A stretch of DNA of 64,000 nt from NCBI RefSeq assembly GCF_009914755.1, contig NC_060938.1. One strand, 5' to 3'. The position numbers were made by a program, and so were the translations under genes. The notes under the pieces were generated by a model. The model was given only the letters and a program-made list of their open reading frames with translations. It searched no databases and was not told where the DNA came from. Positions 14,601 to 30,104 of this stretch are shown piece after piece. Every line of letters starts with the position of its first letter. The stretch's first letter is position 1. Origin of the DNA: the human T2T-CHM13v2.0 reference genome, Homo sapiens.

Positions 14601-17600
14601 GCTTTTCCCTCACATAAGATTCCAGAACACTGCTGCTGGGGTCTGAATGTTTGTTCCTCACATAGGATTCCAGAACACTCCTGCTGTTGTCTGAATGTTT
14701 GACACTCACATAGGACTCCAGAACACTCCTGCTGTCGTTTGAATGTTTGTCCCTCACATAGGATTTCAGAATACTCCTGCAGTATTCTGCATGCTTGTCC
14801 CTCACATAAGATTCCAGAGCACTGCTACAAGGGCCTGAATATTTCTCCTTCTCAACGGATTCCAGAAGACTCCTGCTGTGGTCTGAATGTTTCTCCCTCA
14901 CATAGGATTTCAGAACATTCCTGCTGTGTTCTGAATGTTTGTCCCTCACATAGGACTCAAGAACACTCCTGCTGTTGTCTGAAAGTTTGTCCCTCAGATA
15001 GCATTGAAGAACAACGCTGCTGGAGTCTGAATGTTTGCCCCTCACATAGGATTCCAGAACACTCTTGCGATAGTCTGAATGTCCCTCACGTATGATTCCA
15101 GAACACGCCTGCTGTGGTCTGAAAGTTTGTGCCTCACATAGGATTCCAGAACATTTCTGCTGTGGTCTGAATGTCCCTGACTTAGGATTCCAGAACACTG
15201 CTACGACGGTCTGAATGCTTATCTGTCTCATAACACTCCAGAACACTGCTTCGAGGGTCTGAATGTTGGTCCCTGACATAGGATTCCAGAACACTGCTAC
15301 GAGGGTCTAAATGTTTGTTCCTCACATAGGATTCCAGAACACTGTGGCTGGGGTATGTATGTCCCTGATATAGAATGGCAGAACGCTGATACCAGGGTCT
15401 GAATGTTTGTCTGTCACACAGGATTCCAGAACACCGCTATGAGGGTCTGAATGTCTCTCTCTCACAAAGGATTCCAGAACACTGCTGCGAGGGTCTGAAT
15501 GTTTGTCCCTCCCGTAGGACTCCAGAACACAGCTGCGAGGGTCTAAATGTCTGTCCCTCACATAGGATTGCAGAACACTGCTAGGAGGGTCAGGATGTTT
15601 CTCCCTCATGTAGCATTCCAGAACACTGCTGCCGTGGTCGGAAAGTTTTTCCCTCACATAGGATTCTAGAACACTGTTATGAGGGTTTGAATGTTTGTCC
15701 CACACCTAGGATTCCAGAACACCTCTGCTGGAGTCTCAACGTTTATCCCTCACATATGATTCCAGGATACTGCTATGAGGGTATGAATGTTTGTCCTTCA
15801 CATAGGATTCCACAACACTGCTACGAGGGCATAGTATTCCAGCACACTTCTGCTGGTGTCTGAATGTTTGTACCTCACATCACATTCCAGAACACTGCTG
15901 CTGGGGTTTGAATGTCTGTCCCTCACATAGAATTCCAGAACACTGCTGGGAGGGTCTGAATGTGTGTCTCTCCTATGGGATTCCAGAACACTGCTCCGAG
16001 GGTCTAAATATCTCTCCCTCACATAAGATTCCAGCACACGGCTATGAAGTTCTGAATGTTTGTCCCTCACATAGGATTCCAGAGCCCTCCTGCTGTGGTC
16101 TGAATGTTCGTCCCTCACATAAGATTCCAAAACACTGCTACAAAAGTCTGAATCTTTGTCCCTCACATGGGACTCCAGAACACTCCTACTGGGGTCTCAA
16201 TGTTTATCCCTCACATAGGATTCCTGAACACTGCTACAAGGGTCTGAACGTTTGTCCTTCACAAAGGATTCCAGAACACTCCTGTGGTCTGAATATTTGT
16301 CCCTCACATAGGATTTCAAAACACTCCTGCTGTGTTCTGAATGTTTGTCCATCACATAGGACTCCAGAACACTCCTGCTGTGGTGTGAATTTTTGTCCCT
16401 CACATAGCATTCAAGAACACTGCTACGAGGGTCTGAATGTATGTACCTCACATGGGATTCCAGGACACTCCTGCTGTGGTCTGAATGTTTGTACCTCGCA
16501 TAGCATTCCAGAACACTCTTGCTATGATCTGAATGTTTGTTCATCACATAGGATTTCAGAACACTCCTAAGAGGGTCTGCATGTTTGTCCCTCAAATTGG
16601 ATTCCAGAACACTCCTGCAGTGGTCTGAATATTTCTCCCTCACACAGGATTCCAGAACACTCCTGCTGTGGTCTGAGTGTTTGTTCCTCACATACGATTC
16701 CAGAAAACAGCTACAAGGGTCTCAATGTTTCTCCTTCAGACAGGATTAGAAAACACTCCTGTTGTGGTCTGAATATTTGTTCCTCACATAGGATTCCAGA
16801 ACACTGTTGCTGGGTTCTGGGTGTTTGTGTCTCACATAGGATTCCAGAAGAAGCTACAAGGGTCTGAATGTTTGTCCATCACATACGATTCCAAAACACT
16901 GCTGCTGGCATCTGAATGTTTGCCTCTCACATAGGATTCCAGAACACTGCTGCTGGGTTCTGAATTTTGTTCTTCAGATAGCATTCCAGAACACTCCCGC
17001 TGTGGTGTGAATGTTTATCCCTCACATAGAATTCCATAACACTCCTGCTATGGTCTGAATGTTTGTCCCTCACATAGCTTTCCAGGACACTGCTGCTGTG
17101 GACTGAATGTTTGTCCCTCACATAGGATTCCAGAACACTGCTCTTGGATTCTGAGATTTTAACCCTCACATAGGATTCCAGAACACTGCTAAGAGGGTAT
17201 GAATGATTTTCCCTCACATAGGATTCCAGAACACTGCTACGAGGGTCTGAATGTTTGTCTCTCACATAGGATTCCAGAACACTCCTGCTATGGTCTGAAT
17301 GTTTGTCCCTCACATAGCTTTCCAGAACACTGCTGCTGTGGACTGAATGTTTGTCCCTCACATAGGATTCCAGAACACTGCTCCTGGATTCTGAGATTTT
17401 AACCCTCACATAGGATTCCAGAACACTGCTACGAGGGTCTGAATGTTTGTCCCTCACATAGGATTCCAGAACACTCCTGCTATGGTCTGAATGTTTGTTC
17501 CTCACATAGCTTTCCATAACACTGCTGCTGTGGACTGAATGTTTGTCCCTCACATAGGATTCCAGAACACTGCTCTTGGATTCTGAGATTTTAACCCTCA

Positions 17601-20600
17601 CATAGGATTCCAGAACACTGCTACGAGGGTATGAATGATTTTTCCTCACATAGGATTCCAGAACACTGCTACGAGGGTCTGAATGTTTGTCCCTCACACA
17701 GGATTCCAGAACACTCCTACTGTGTTCTGAATGTTTGTTCCTCACATAGGATTCCAGAACACTCCTGCTGTTGTCGGAATATTTGACACTCACATAGGAC
17801 TCCAGAACACTCCTGCTGTGGTTTGAATGTTTGTCCCTGACATAGGATTTCAGAACATTCCTGCTGTGTTCTGAATGTTTTTTCCTCACATAGAATTCCA
17901 GAACACTGCTACAAAGGTCTGTATGTTTGTCCTTCACAATGGTTTCCAGAACTCTCCTGCTGTGTTCTGAATGTTTCTCCCTCACATAGGACTCCAGAAC
18001 ACTCCTGCTTTGGTCTGAATGTTTGTCCCTCACATAGCATTCAAGGACACTGCTGCTGGAGTCGGAATGTTTTCCCCTCTCATGGGATTCCAGAACACTC
18101 CTGCTCTGGTGTGAATGTTTGTCCCTCCCATAGGATTGCAGAACAGTGTTGCTGGATTCTGAGCCTTTCTCCCTCACATAGGATTCCAGAACACTGCTGC
18201 TGGGTTCTGAGGGTTAGTCCCTCCCATAGGATTCCAGAACACTGCAACAAGGGTCTGAATGTTTGTCCATCACATAAAAATCCAGAACACTGCTGCTAGG
18301 ATTTCAATGTTTGCCCCTCACATAGGATTCCAGAACACTGCAACAAGGGTCTTTATGTTTGTCCTACACAAGGGATTCCAGAACACTCCTGCTGTGTTCT
18401 GAATGTTTGTCCCTCACATAGGATTCCAGAATATTTCTGCTGTGGTCTGAATGTTTGTCTGTCACAGGATTCCAGAACACTGTGTCTGTTGTCTGAATGT
18501 CCCTGACATAGGATTCCAGAACACTGCCACTAGGGTCTGAATGTTTGTCTCTCACATGGAACTCCAGAACACTGCTTCGAGGGTCTGAATGTTGGTCCCT
18601 GACATAGGATTCCAGAACACTGCTACGAGGGTCTGAATGTTTGTCCCTCACATAGGATTCCAGAACACTACTGCTGTAGTCTGAATGACTGTCTGTCACA
18701 TAGGATTCCAGAACACTGCGGCTGGGCTCTGAATGTCCCTGACATAGGATTCCAAAACAGTGCTACAAGGGTCTGAATGGTTGTCTGTCACAAAGCATTC
18801 CAGAACACTGCTACGAGGGCCTCAATGTTGGTCCCTCACATAGGATTCCAGAACACTGCTATGAAGGTCTGAATGTTTCTCCCTCACACAGGATTCCAGA
18901 ACACTGCTACAAGGTTCTGAATGTTTGTCCCTCACTTAAGATTCTAGAAAACTGCTACGAGGGTCTAAATGTTTGTCCCTCACATAGGATTCCAGAACAG
19001 TCGTGTTGTCTTTTGAAACTTTGTCCCTCACATAGGATTCCAGAATACTGCTACGAGGGTCTGAATGTTTCTCCCTCACAGAGGATTCCAGAACACTCCT
19101 GCTCGGGTCTGAAGTTTGTCCCTCACTTAGGTTTCCAGAACACTGCTGCTGTGGTCTGTATGTTTGTCCCTCACAAAGGATTCCAGAACAGTCCTGCTGT
19201 GGTCTGATTGTTTGTTCTTCACATAGGATTCCAGAACACTGCTGCGAGGCTCTGAATGTCCTTCACATAGGAATCCAGAACACTGCTGCCGTTGTCTGAA
19301 TCTTTGTCCTTCACATAGGATTCCAGAAGCCTTCTGCTGGTGTCTGAATGTTTTTCCCTCATCTAGGATTCCTGAACACTGCTGCGAGGGTCTGAATGTA
19401 TGTCCCTCACATACGATTCCAGAACATTGATGCTGGAGTCTGAATGTTTGCCCTTAACATAGGATTTCAGAACACTGCTCCTGGGGTCTGTTTGTACCAC
19501 ACATAGGACTACACAAAACTGCTGCTGGAGTCTGAATGTTTGTCACTCCCATAGAATTTGAGACAAATGCTGCGAGGGTCCGAATGTTTGTCCCTCACAT
19601 GGGATTCTAGAATACTGCTGCGAGAGTCTAAATGTCTGTCCCTCACATAAGATTCCAGCACACTGTTATGAGGTTCTGAATGTTTGTCTCTCACATGGCA
19701 TTCCAGAACACTCTTGCTGTGGTCTGAATGTTTGTCCCACAGAAAACATTCCAGAACACTCCTGCTGTGGTCTGAATGTTTGTCCCTCACATAAGATTCC
19801 AGAACACTGCTGTGAAGGTCTGAATGTTTGTCCCTCACATAGGATTCCATGACACTGCTACGAGGATATGAATGTTTGTCCCTCACATAGGATTCCAGAA
19901 CACTGCTAAGAGGGTCTGAATATTTGTCCCTCACATAGGATTCCAGAACACTCCTGTTCGGGTCTGAATGTTTGCTTCTCACATGGGATTCCAGAACACT
20001 GCTGCTGTGGTCTAAATGTCTGCCCCTCACATAGGATCCCACAACACTACGAGGCTCTGAATGTTTGTCCCCCACATAGGATTCCAGTACACTGCTGCCG
20101 TTGTCTGAATATTTGTCCCTCACGTACGATTCCACAAGCCTGCTGCGAGTGTCTGAATGTTTGTCTCTCACATAGCATTCCAGAACACTCCTGCTGTGAT
20201 CTGAATGTTTGCCCTCACATAGGATTCCAGAACACTCCTACTGTGGTGGGAATGTTTGTCCCTCACATAGGATTCCGGAAAACTGTTATGAGGGTCTGAA
20301 TGTTTGTCTCTCACATAGGATTCCAGAACACTGCCACGAGGGTCTGAATGTTTGTCCCTCACGTAGGATTCCAGAACACTCCTGCTGTGGTCTGAATGTT
20401 TGTCCCCCACACAGTATTCCAGAACACTGCTATGAGAGTCTGAATGTTTGTCCCTCACATAGGATTCCAGAAGACCCATGCTGGGGTCTGAATTTTTGTC
20501 CCTCACATAGGATTTCAGAACACTCCTGCTGTTGTCTGAATGTTTGTCCGTCACGTAGGATTCCAGAACACTGCTATGAAATTCTGAATGTTTGTCCCTC

Positions 20601-23600
20601 ACATAGGATTCCAGAACACTGCTAAGAAGGTCTGAATGTTTGTCCCTCACTTAGGATTCCAGAAAACTACTACGAGGGTCTGAATGGTTGTCCCTCACAT
20701 AGGATTCCAGAACACTGCTATGAAATTCTGAATGTTTGTCCCTCACATAGGATTCCAGAACACTGCTAAGAAGGTCTGAATGTTTGTCCCTCACTTAGGA
20801 TTCCAGAAAACTACTACGAGGGTCTGAATGGTTGTCCCTCACATAGGATTCCAGAACACTCCTGCCGTGGTCTGAAAGTTTGTCCCTCACATAGGATTCC
20901 AGAACGCTGCTGCTGTGGTCTGAATGTTTCTCTGTCACATATGATTCCAGAACACTGTGGCTGGTGTCTGCATGTCCCTGACATAGGATTCCCGAACAGT
21001 GGTACGAGGGTGTAAATGGTGGTCTGTCACATAGCATTCCAGAACACTGCTAGGAGTGTCTGAATGTTGGTCCTTCACATAGGATTCCAGAACACTGCAA
21101 CAAGGGTCGGAATATTTGACCCTCACATAGGATTCCAGAACACTCTTGCTGTGGTCTGAATGTTTGTCCCACAGAAAACATTCCAGAGCACTCCTGCTGT
21201 GGTCTGAATGTTTGTCCCTCATATAGGATTCCAGAACACTGTTACGAAGGTCTGAATGTTTGTCCCTCACATAGGTTTCCATAACAATGCTACGAGGATA
21301 TGAATGTTTGTCCCTCACATAGGATTCCAGAACACTGCTAATACGGTCTAAATGTTTGTCCCTCACATAGGATTCCAGAACACTCCTGTTCGGATCTGAA
21401 TGTTTGTCCCTCACATGGGATTCCAGAACACTGCTGCTGTGGCCTAAATGTCTGTCTCTCACATAGGATTCCACAACACTACGAGGCTCTGAATGTTTGT
21501 CCCCCACATAGGATTCCAGAACACTGCTGTCATTGTCTGAATATTTGTCCCTCATGTAGGATTCCAGAAGCCTGATGCGAGTGTCTGAATGTTTGTCCCT
21601 CACATAGCATTCCAGAACACTCCTGCTGTGATCTGAATGTTTGCCCTCACATAGGATTCCAGAACACTCCTGCTGTGGTGGGAATGTTTGTCCCTCACGT
21701 AGCATTCCAGAAAACTGTTATGAGGGTCTGAATGTTTGTCTCTCACATAGGATTCCAGAACACTGCCACGAGGGTCTGAATGTTTGTCCCTCACGTAGGA
21801 TTCCAGAACACTCCTGCTGTGGTCTGAATGTTTATCCCTCACGTAGGATTCCAGAACACTGCTATGAAATTCTGAATGTTTGTCCCTCACATAGGATTCC
21901 AGAACACTGCTAAGAAGGTCTGAATGTTTGTCCCTCACTTAGGATTCCAGAAAACTACTACAAGGGTCTGAATGTTTGTCCCTCACATAGGATTCCAGAA
22001 CACTCCTGCTGTGGTCTGAAAGTTTGTCCCTCACATAGGATTCCAGAACATTGCTACGAGGGTCTGAATATTTGTCTTTCACATAGGATTCCAGAACTCT
22101 GCTGCTGTGATCTGAATGTTTGTCCCTCACAAAGGATTCCAGAACATTTTTCTGTGCTCTGATTGTTTGTTCCTCACATAGGATTCCAGAACACTGCTAT
22201 GAGGCTCTGAGTGTTTGTCCCTCACATAGGATTCCAGAACACTGCTACGAGGCTCTGAGTGTTTGTCCCTCACATAGAATTCCAGAACACTGCTGCCATT
22301 GTCTGAATGTTTGTCCCCCACATAGGATTCCAGAAGCCTGCTGCTGGGGTCTGAATGTTTGTCCCCCATCTAGGATTCCAGAACACTGTTGCGAGGGTCT
22401 GAATGTATGTCCCTCACATACAATTCTAGAAAATTGATGCTAGGGTCTGTGTGTTTGCCCTCAACATATGATTTCAAAACACTGCTCCTGGGTTCTGAAT
22501 GTTTGTCCTTCACATAGGAATACAGAACACTGCTGCTGGAGTCTGAATGTTTGTCACTCACATAGAATTCCAGAACACTGCTGCGAGGATCTGAATGTTT
22601 GTCCCTCACATGGGATTCCAGAACACTCCAGCACAATATTACGAGGTTCTGAATGTTTGTCCCTAACATGGGGTTCCAGAACACTCCTGCTGTGCTCTGA
22701 ATGCTCCCTCACATAGGATTCCAGAACACTGCTACGAGGGTCTGAATGCTTATCCCTCATATAGGATTCCAGAACAGTCCTGCTGTGATCTGAATGTTTG
22801 TCCCTCACATAGGATTCCAGAACATTCGTGCTGGGGTCTCATTGTTTCCCTTAACATAGGATTTCAGAACACTGCTCCTGGGGTCTGAATGTTTGTCCAT
22901 CACATAGGATTACAGAACACTGCTGCTGGAGTTTGAATGTCTTTCCCTCACATAGAATTCCAGAACACGGCTGGGAGGGTCTGAATGTTTGTCAGTCACA
23001 TAGAATTCCAAAACACTGCTACGAGGGTCTGAATATTTCTCTCTCACCTAGTATTCCAGAACACTGTTGCAAGGGTCTGAATATTGGTCTATCATATAGG
23101 ATTTCAGAACACTGCTGCTGTGGTCTGAATGTATGTCCCTCACATAGGATTCCAGAACACTGCTACTAGGTTCTGAATGTTTTTCCCACACCTAGGATTC
23201 CAGAACACTTCTGCTGGTGTCTGAATGGTTGTCCCTCACATATGATTCCAGGACACTGCTACGAGGGTCTTAATGTTTGTCCTTCACGTAGGATTCCAGA
23301 ACACTGCTCCCGTGGTCTGAATGTTTGTCCCTCACATGGGATACCAGAACACTGCTGCGAGGGTCTAAATGTCTCTCCCTCACATAAGATTCCAGGACAC
23401 TGCTACAAGGTTCTGAATGTTTGCCCCTCACATAGGATTCCAGAGCACTCCTGTTGTGGTCTGAATATTTGTCCCTCACATGGGATTCCAGAACACTGCC
23501 ACGTGGGTCTGAATGTTTGCCCTCACATAGGATTCCAGAACACTACTGCTGGGGTCTGAATGTTTGACCCTCACATAGGATTCCAGAAGACTCCTGCTGT

Positions 23601-25455
23601 GGTCTGAAAGTTTATTCATCACATAGGACTCCAGAACACTGCTAAGAGGGTCTGAATGTTTGTCCCTCACATAGTATTCCAGAACACTCCTGCTGTGGTC
23701 TGAATGCTTGTTCCTCAAATAGGATTCGAGAACACTCCTGCTGTGGTCTGAATGTTTTCTCCTCACATAGGATTCGAGAACATTCACGCTGGGATGTGAA
23801 TGCTTGCTCTTAACATAGGATTTCAGAACACTGCTCCTGGGGTCTGAATGTTTGTCTCTCACGTAGGATTCCAGAACACTCCTGCTGCGGTCTGAATGCT
23901 TGTTCATCACATAGGATTTGAGAACACTCCTGCTGTGGTCTGAATGTTTGTTCCTCACATAGGATTCGAGAACATTCACGCTGAGATGTGAATGCTTGCT
24001 CTTAACATAGGATTTCAGAACACTGTTCCTGGGGTCCGAATGTTTGTCCCTCACATAGGATTCCAGAACACTCCTGCTGTGGTCTGAATGCTTGTTCCTC
24101 ACACAGGATTTGAGAACACTCCTGCTGTGGTCTGAATGTTTGTTCCTCACATAGGATTCGAGAACATTCACGCTGGGATGTCAATGCTTGCTCTTAACAT
24201 AGGATTTCAGAACACTGTTCCTGGGGTCTGAATGTTTGTCCCTCACATAGGATTCAAGAAAACTGCTGCTGTGGTCTGAAAGTGTGTACTGCACATAGGA
24301 TTACAGAACCCTCCTGATGTGGTCGGAATGTTTGTCTGTCACATAGGATTCCGGAACACTGCTGCTGGGCTCTGAATGTTTGTCCCTCACATTGGATTGC
24401 AGAACACTACTGCTGTGGTCTGAACGTTTGTCCATCACTTAGGATTCCAGAATGCTCCTGCTGTGGTCTGAATGTTTGTCTGTCACATAGGATTCCAGAA
24501 CATTGAGGCTGGGGTCTGAATGTCCCTGACATAGGATTCCAGAACATTGCTATGAGGGTCTGAATGGTTGTCTTTCACATAGCATTCCAGAACACTGCTA
24601 CAAGTGTCTGAATGTTGGTCCCTCACACATGATTCCAGAACCCTCCTGCTGGGGTCTGAATGTTTCTCCCTCACAAAGGATTCCAGAACACTGCTATGAG
24701 GGTCTGAATATTTGTCCCTCACATACGATTCCAGAACACTCCTGCTGTGGTCTGAATGGTTGTCCCTCACATAGGATTCCAGAACACTTCTGCTGTGGTA
24801 CGAATGTCTGTGTCTCACGTAGGATTCCACAACACTGCTACGAGGGTCTCAATGTTTGTCCCTCACATAAGATTCCAGAACACTGTTGCTGGGGTCTGAA
24901 TACTTGTCCCTCACATACGATTACAGAACACTGTTGCTGGGGTGTGAATGTTTGTCCCTCACATAGGATTCCAGACCACTGCTGCTGGGGTCTCAATGTC
25001 TGTCCCTCAAAAAGGATTCCAGAACACTGCTACGAGGGTCTGAATGTTTGTCCCTCACTTAAGACTGCAGAACACTGCTTCGAGGGTCTAAATGTCTGTC
25101 CTTCACATAGGATTCAGGAACACTGCTACGAGGGTCTGAATGTTTTTCCTTCACATAGCATTTCAGAACTGCCATGGTCTGAATGTTTGTCCCTCACATA
25201 GTATTCCAGAACAGTGCTATGAGGGTCTAAACGTTTGCCCCTCACATAGGATTCCAGAACCCTGCTACGAGGGTCTGAAAGTTTGTCCCTCACATAGGAT
25301 TCCAGAACACTGCTGCTGGGCTCTGAATGTTTGTCCCTCACATAGGTTTCTAGAACACTCCAGCTGGCTTCTGAGTGTTTGTCCCTCACATAGGATTCCT
25401 GAAGACTTCTGCTGTCATTATAGTCATTGCAAGTGTCTGAATGTTTGACCTTCAC
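5694..25455 (+). repeat. CER 48-bp satellite, main block (~19.8 kb, roughly 410 monomers)
   Basis: Continuous diverged 48-bp units in one orientation. The variable segment alternates among ctgctgctggg, ctgctacgagg and ctcctgctgtg. Confidence 0.95.
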
Positions 25456-25585
25456 CAAACACCAAATATCCTGGCCCTTTAGTCTTGGACTTTCCAGCCT
25501 CCAGATCTGTGAGCAATAATCTCTCTTGTTTATGAATTACTCAGTCTAAAGTATTTTGTTACAGTAGCCTAAAGAGACTAAGAAA
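25449..25585 (+). mobile_element. MaLR LTR 3' part (MLT1A/MST-like)
   Basis: ccttcaccaaacaccaaat...tcttggactttccagcctccagatctgtgagcaataa...gtattttgttacagtagcc...gactaagaaa matches the recalled MLT1A 3' end (…GACTAAGACA). Confidence 0.85.
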
Positions 25586-27351
25586 GCCTCACCTGTCCTG
25601 TCACCTCATCACCACATTACTGAAGATATACTAACAGCAGTCACTTTTAGTGGGTACTTCATGCATGAGAATAAAGGGGAAAAATTGCAAGGCATACTAA
25701 AATCCAAAAAAAGAAAAAAAATACAATTTGTGTCAACAGAGCAAGCTTCAGAAGCAGACAAAAATATGATTTTGGATTTTTTTTAAACCTCTTGACAATA
25801 TGCTAAGGGCTCTAATGAATGAAGTAGACAGCAATCAAGTGTAGATGGGTAATGTAATCAGAAAGACAGACAACGTAAGAACCTTCAACATAATGTAGTG
25901 ATAAAAATGTGGTAAATAACTGAAGAATACCTCTGATGGCTTATTAGTAGACTGGACTCAGCTGAGTAAAGAATCTCTGAGCTTGAGGATTTATCATCAG
26001 AAACTTCGAAAACTAAAGAAAAGAAACACTGAAAAGAACAGAAGATGATATCCAAGACTGTGGGACAACTACAAAAGGTGAAACAGAGTAATGAGAATAC
26101 CAGGAGGAGAAGAAATAGAAGTCAGTTATGCAACAACGATGTCTGAGAACTTCCAGTATTAATGTCAGACACCAAACCAAAGATCCAGGAAGCTCCGAGA
26201 ACACCAGGCAGCATAAATGCCAACAACCTACACTTGGACATATAATTTTCAAACTATATGAAATAAAAGATAAAGGAAAATTCTGAAAGAAAGCAGAGAT
26301 GGGACAGAAAACACCTTACCTACAGAGACACAAAGATAAGAACTGCATTCAACATTGCAGAAACTGTGAAAGCAAGAAGACAGTTAAATGAAAAATTCAA
26401 AATGTTGACAGAAAAAACCCCACCAACCTAAGTTTCTGTACCCACTGAAACCACCCTTCAAAAGTGAAGGAGAATTAAGGCCTTCCTCAGAAAAATAAAA
26501 ATTCAAGAAACTTGTTGCCAGGAGACCTGTCTTGCAAGAAATGTTAAATGAAATTCTTTAGAGGGAAACAAAAGATATATAACTGAAACCTGGATCAACA
26601 TTTTTTCAAAAAGATCATTAAAGAAAGAATTATGGTACAATAAAAACCTATGTATTTATTCTTAATTGATCTGACCAAGAAGTTCATAGACAAAAACAAA
26701 TACACACAGATAGATTATGTATGCTTATACACAAGTGAAATGAGTAACACTAATACAAGGAATGGAATGGAAGGATGGGAGGGAGGAATCAGGTGTTTTC
26801 TTTGTTAAGCAGGTAGTCACCCGTGAAGTGGGATAGTGTTATCTGAAAGTGGACTTGAATTGGTTCTAAATGTATATTGAGGAATTAGGTGTTTTGTTTG
26901 TTAAGTAGGTGGTCTTATTTGTGGGATAGTGGGATAGTGTTATTTGAAAGTGGACTTGAATTGGTTGTAAATGTTACTGAGGAGTTAGGTGTTTTGTTTG
27001 TTAAACAGGTAGTCTTATTTGTGGGATAGTGGGATAGTGTTATTTGAAAGTGGACTTGAATTGGTTGTAAATGTATATCGCAAATTCTGTGGCAAGTAGT
27101 TAAAAAAAAGTTTTAAAAAGAGAAGTATATGCTAAGAAAGACAGGGAAAATGTAGTCATCTAAAATCATCAATGAAAACTTCAAAAGGCAGAAAAAGAGT
27201 GGTAGACAAAAGAATGAAGACTGAGGAGAATGAATAGAAAACAGTAACAAATAAAGTAGATATTAATCCAATGATATCAATAATCACTTGGAATGTTAAT
27301 AGTATGAACGTACCAATTCAAAGATAGAGATTGTCAGAGTCTATCAAAAGA
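25586..27351 (+). mobile_element. Old L1M 5' region, ORF1 and inter-ORF remnant
   Basis: A-rich with L1M ORF1 motifs (ctgtgggacaactacaaaaggtg, aaaccaaagatccaggaagctc, cccttcaaaagtgaaggagaa). No open frame. Confidence 0.8.
26783..27078. repeat. Tandem triplication, 96-100 bp unit
   Basis: gaggaattaggtgtttt...gaaagtggacttgaattggttgtaaatg starts at 26783, 26879 and 26979. Confidence 0.9.
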
Positions 27352-28025
27352 CAGACACATCTTGATTCACTGCACTTTGCTTTCTTGTGTTTTGTGATCA
27401 TGTTTTTTACATATTGAAGGTTTGTGGCCACCCTGCAATAAGCAGGTCTCACTGGCACCATTGTTCCTACAGCACGTGCTCACTTCACGTCTCTGTGTCA
27501 CATTTCGGTCATTCTCAGAGTATTTTAAGCTTTTTATTATTGAATCTGTTATGGTGATCTGTAATCAGTGATCTTTAATGCTACTGTTGTCATTGTTTTG
27601 GGATCCACAAATCACACCCGGATAAGACAGCAAACAATTAACAAATGCCTTTGTTCTGACTGCCCCACCAACGTGCCATTTCTCTTTCTCTCTCTTTTTC
27701 TCAGGCTTCTTTTTATTAATATTAAAATGTGGCCAATTAATAACCCTACAATAGCCTCTATATGTTCAAGTGAAAGAAGAGTTGCATGTCTGTCACTTTA
27801 AACCAAAAGGAAGAAATAATTAAGCTTAGTGAGGAAAGCATACTGTAAGCAAGACAGGCCAGTAGCTAGACCTCATGCAACAAACACTTAGCCAAGTTGT
27901 GAATGCAAAGGAAGTGTTCTGGAAAGAAATTTAAATCACTACTCCAGTGAACACATGAATGATAAAAAGCTAAACAATCTTGCTGCTGTTATGAAGAAAG
28001 TTTAATTAGTCTAGATAGAAGATAA

Positions 28026-28380
<355 letters not shown>

Positions 28381-29222
28381 TGAAGACTCAGAGAGGTGAG
28401 GCAGCTGCAGAAGAAAAGTCTGAAGCTAGAAGAGCTTGTTTCTTAAGGTTTAAGGAAAAAAGTCATCTCCATCACATAAAAGCGCAAGATAAAGCAGCAA
28501 GTACTGATGGAAAAGCTGCAGAAAGCTATCTAGAAGATAACTGATTAAGATGGCTGCAATAAACAGATTTGCAATGGAGACAAAACAGCCTTCTACTATA
28601 AGGAGATGCCATCTAGGATGTTCCCAGCTAGAGAGGAGTTGATACTGGCTTTAAGGCTTCAAAGGATGTGCTGACACTTTTGTTAAGGGCTAATGCAGTT
28701 GGTGATGTTAACTTGAAACCAATGATGATTTACTATTCTGAAAATCCAAGGGCCCTGAAGAATTATGATAAAACACAGCTCTGCCTCTACTCTACAAATG
28801 GGAACAAAGCCTGGATGACAGACTATCGGTTTACAAATACGGTTTACTGAATATCTTAAGCCCAATGTTGACACCTACTGCTCAAGAAATAAGATTCCTT
28901 TCAAAGTATTACCGCTCACTGACAATGCCCCTGGTACTCAAGGGCTTTTACAGAGATGTATAAAGAGCTGAATATTGTTTTCGTGCCTACTAACCCAACA
29001 TTCATTCTGGTGCCCTTGGATCAAAGAATAATTTCAACTTTCAAGTCTTATCACTTAAAAATATATTTCATAAAGCTATAGCTTCTCTAGAAAGTGATTC
29101 CTTTGATGGATCTGGGCAAAATAATTGAAAACCTACCAGAAAGGATTCACCATTCTAGATGCCATTGAGAACATTCATGATTTAAAAAAGAAGATCAAAA
29201 TAGCAACATTAGGAGAAGTTGG

Positions 29223-29510
<288 letters not shown>

Positions 29511-30104
29511 AGAGGGAGAGAAGTTGGGAAGATTATTCCAACCCTCACAGATGACACTGAGTGGTTCACGACTTCTGTGTAGGAAGTAACTGCAGATATG
29601 GTGGAAATAACAAGAGCACTAGAATCAGAGACAGAGCTTGAAGATGTGGCGAGACTGCAGCAGCCTCCGGAGAAAATGTGTGTGGATGAGTTGCTTCCAC
29701 GGATGAGCAAAGAAAGTGGTTTCTTGAGATGAAATCTACTTGTGGTGAAGACAGTGTAAATATTGTTGAAATGACAACAGATTTAGAATAAACTTAGTTG
29801 GTACTGCAGAAGGAGGGCTTGACAGGATCGAACCCAATGATTTACAATAATACATAAACTTAGTTCGTACAGCAGTACAAAGGTTTGACAGGATTGAATC
29901 CAATTTTGAAAGTGCTACTGTGGGTAAAAAGCTATCAAACAACATCGTATGCTACCGATAATTCTTTTGTGAAAGGGAGAGTCAACTGACACAGCAAACT
30001 TCAATGTTGTCTTATTTTAAGAAATTGCCACAGCCACCGCAACGCTCAGCAACCACCACCTTACATTAAGGCAAGACCCTCCATCAGCTAGAAGACTGAA
30101 ACTT

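Noticed and set aside
28668-28850. Domesticated TIGD1-like transposase gene
   Set aside because: Only a 60-aa remnant survives, in a Tigger1 copy broken by stops and three Alus.
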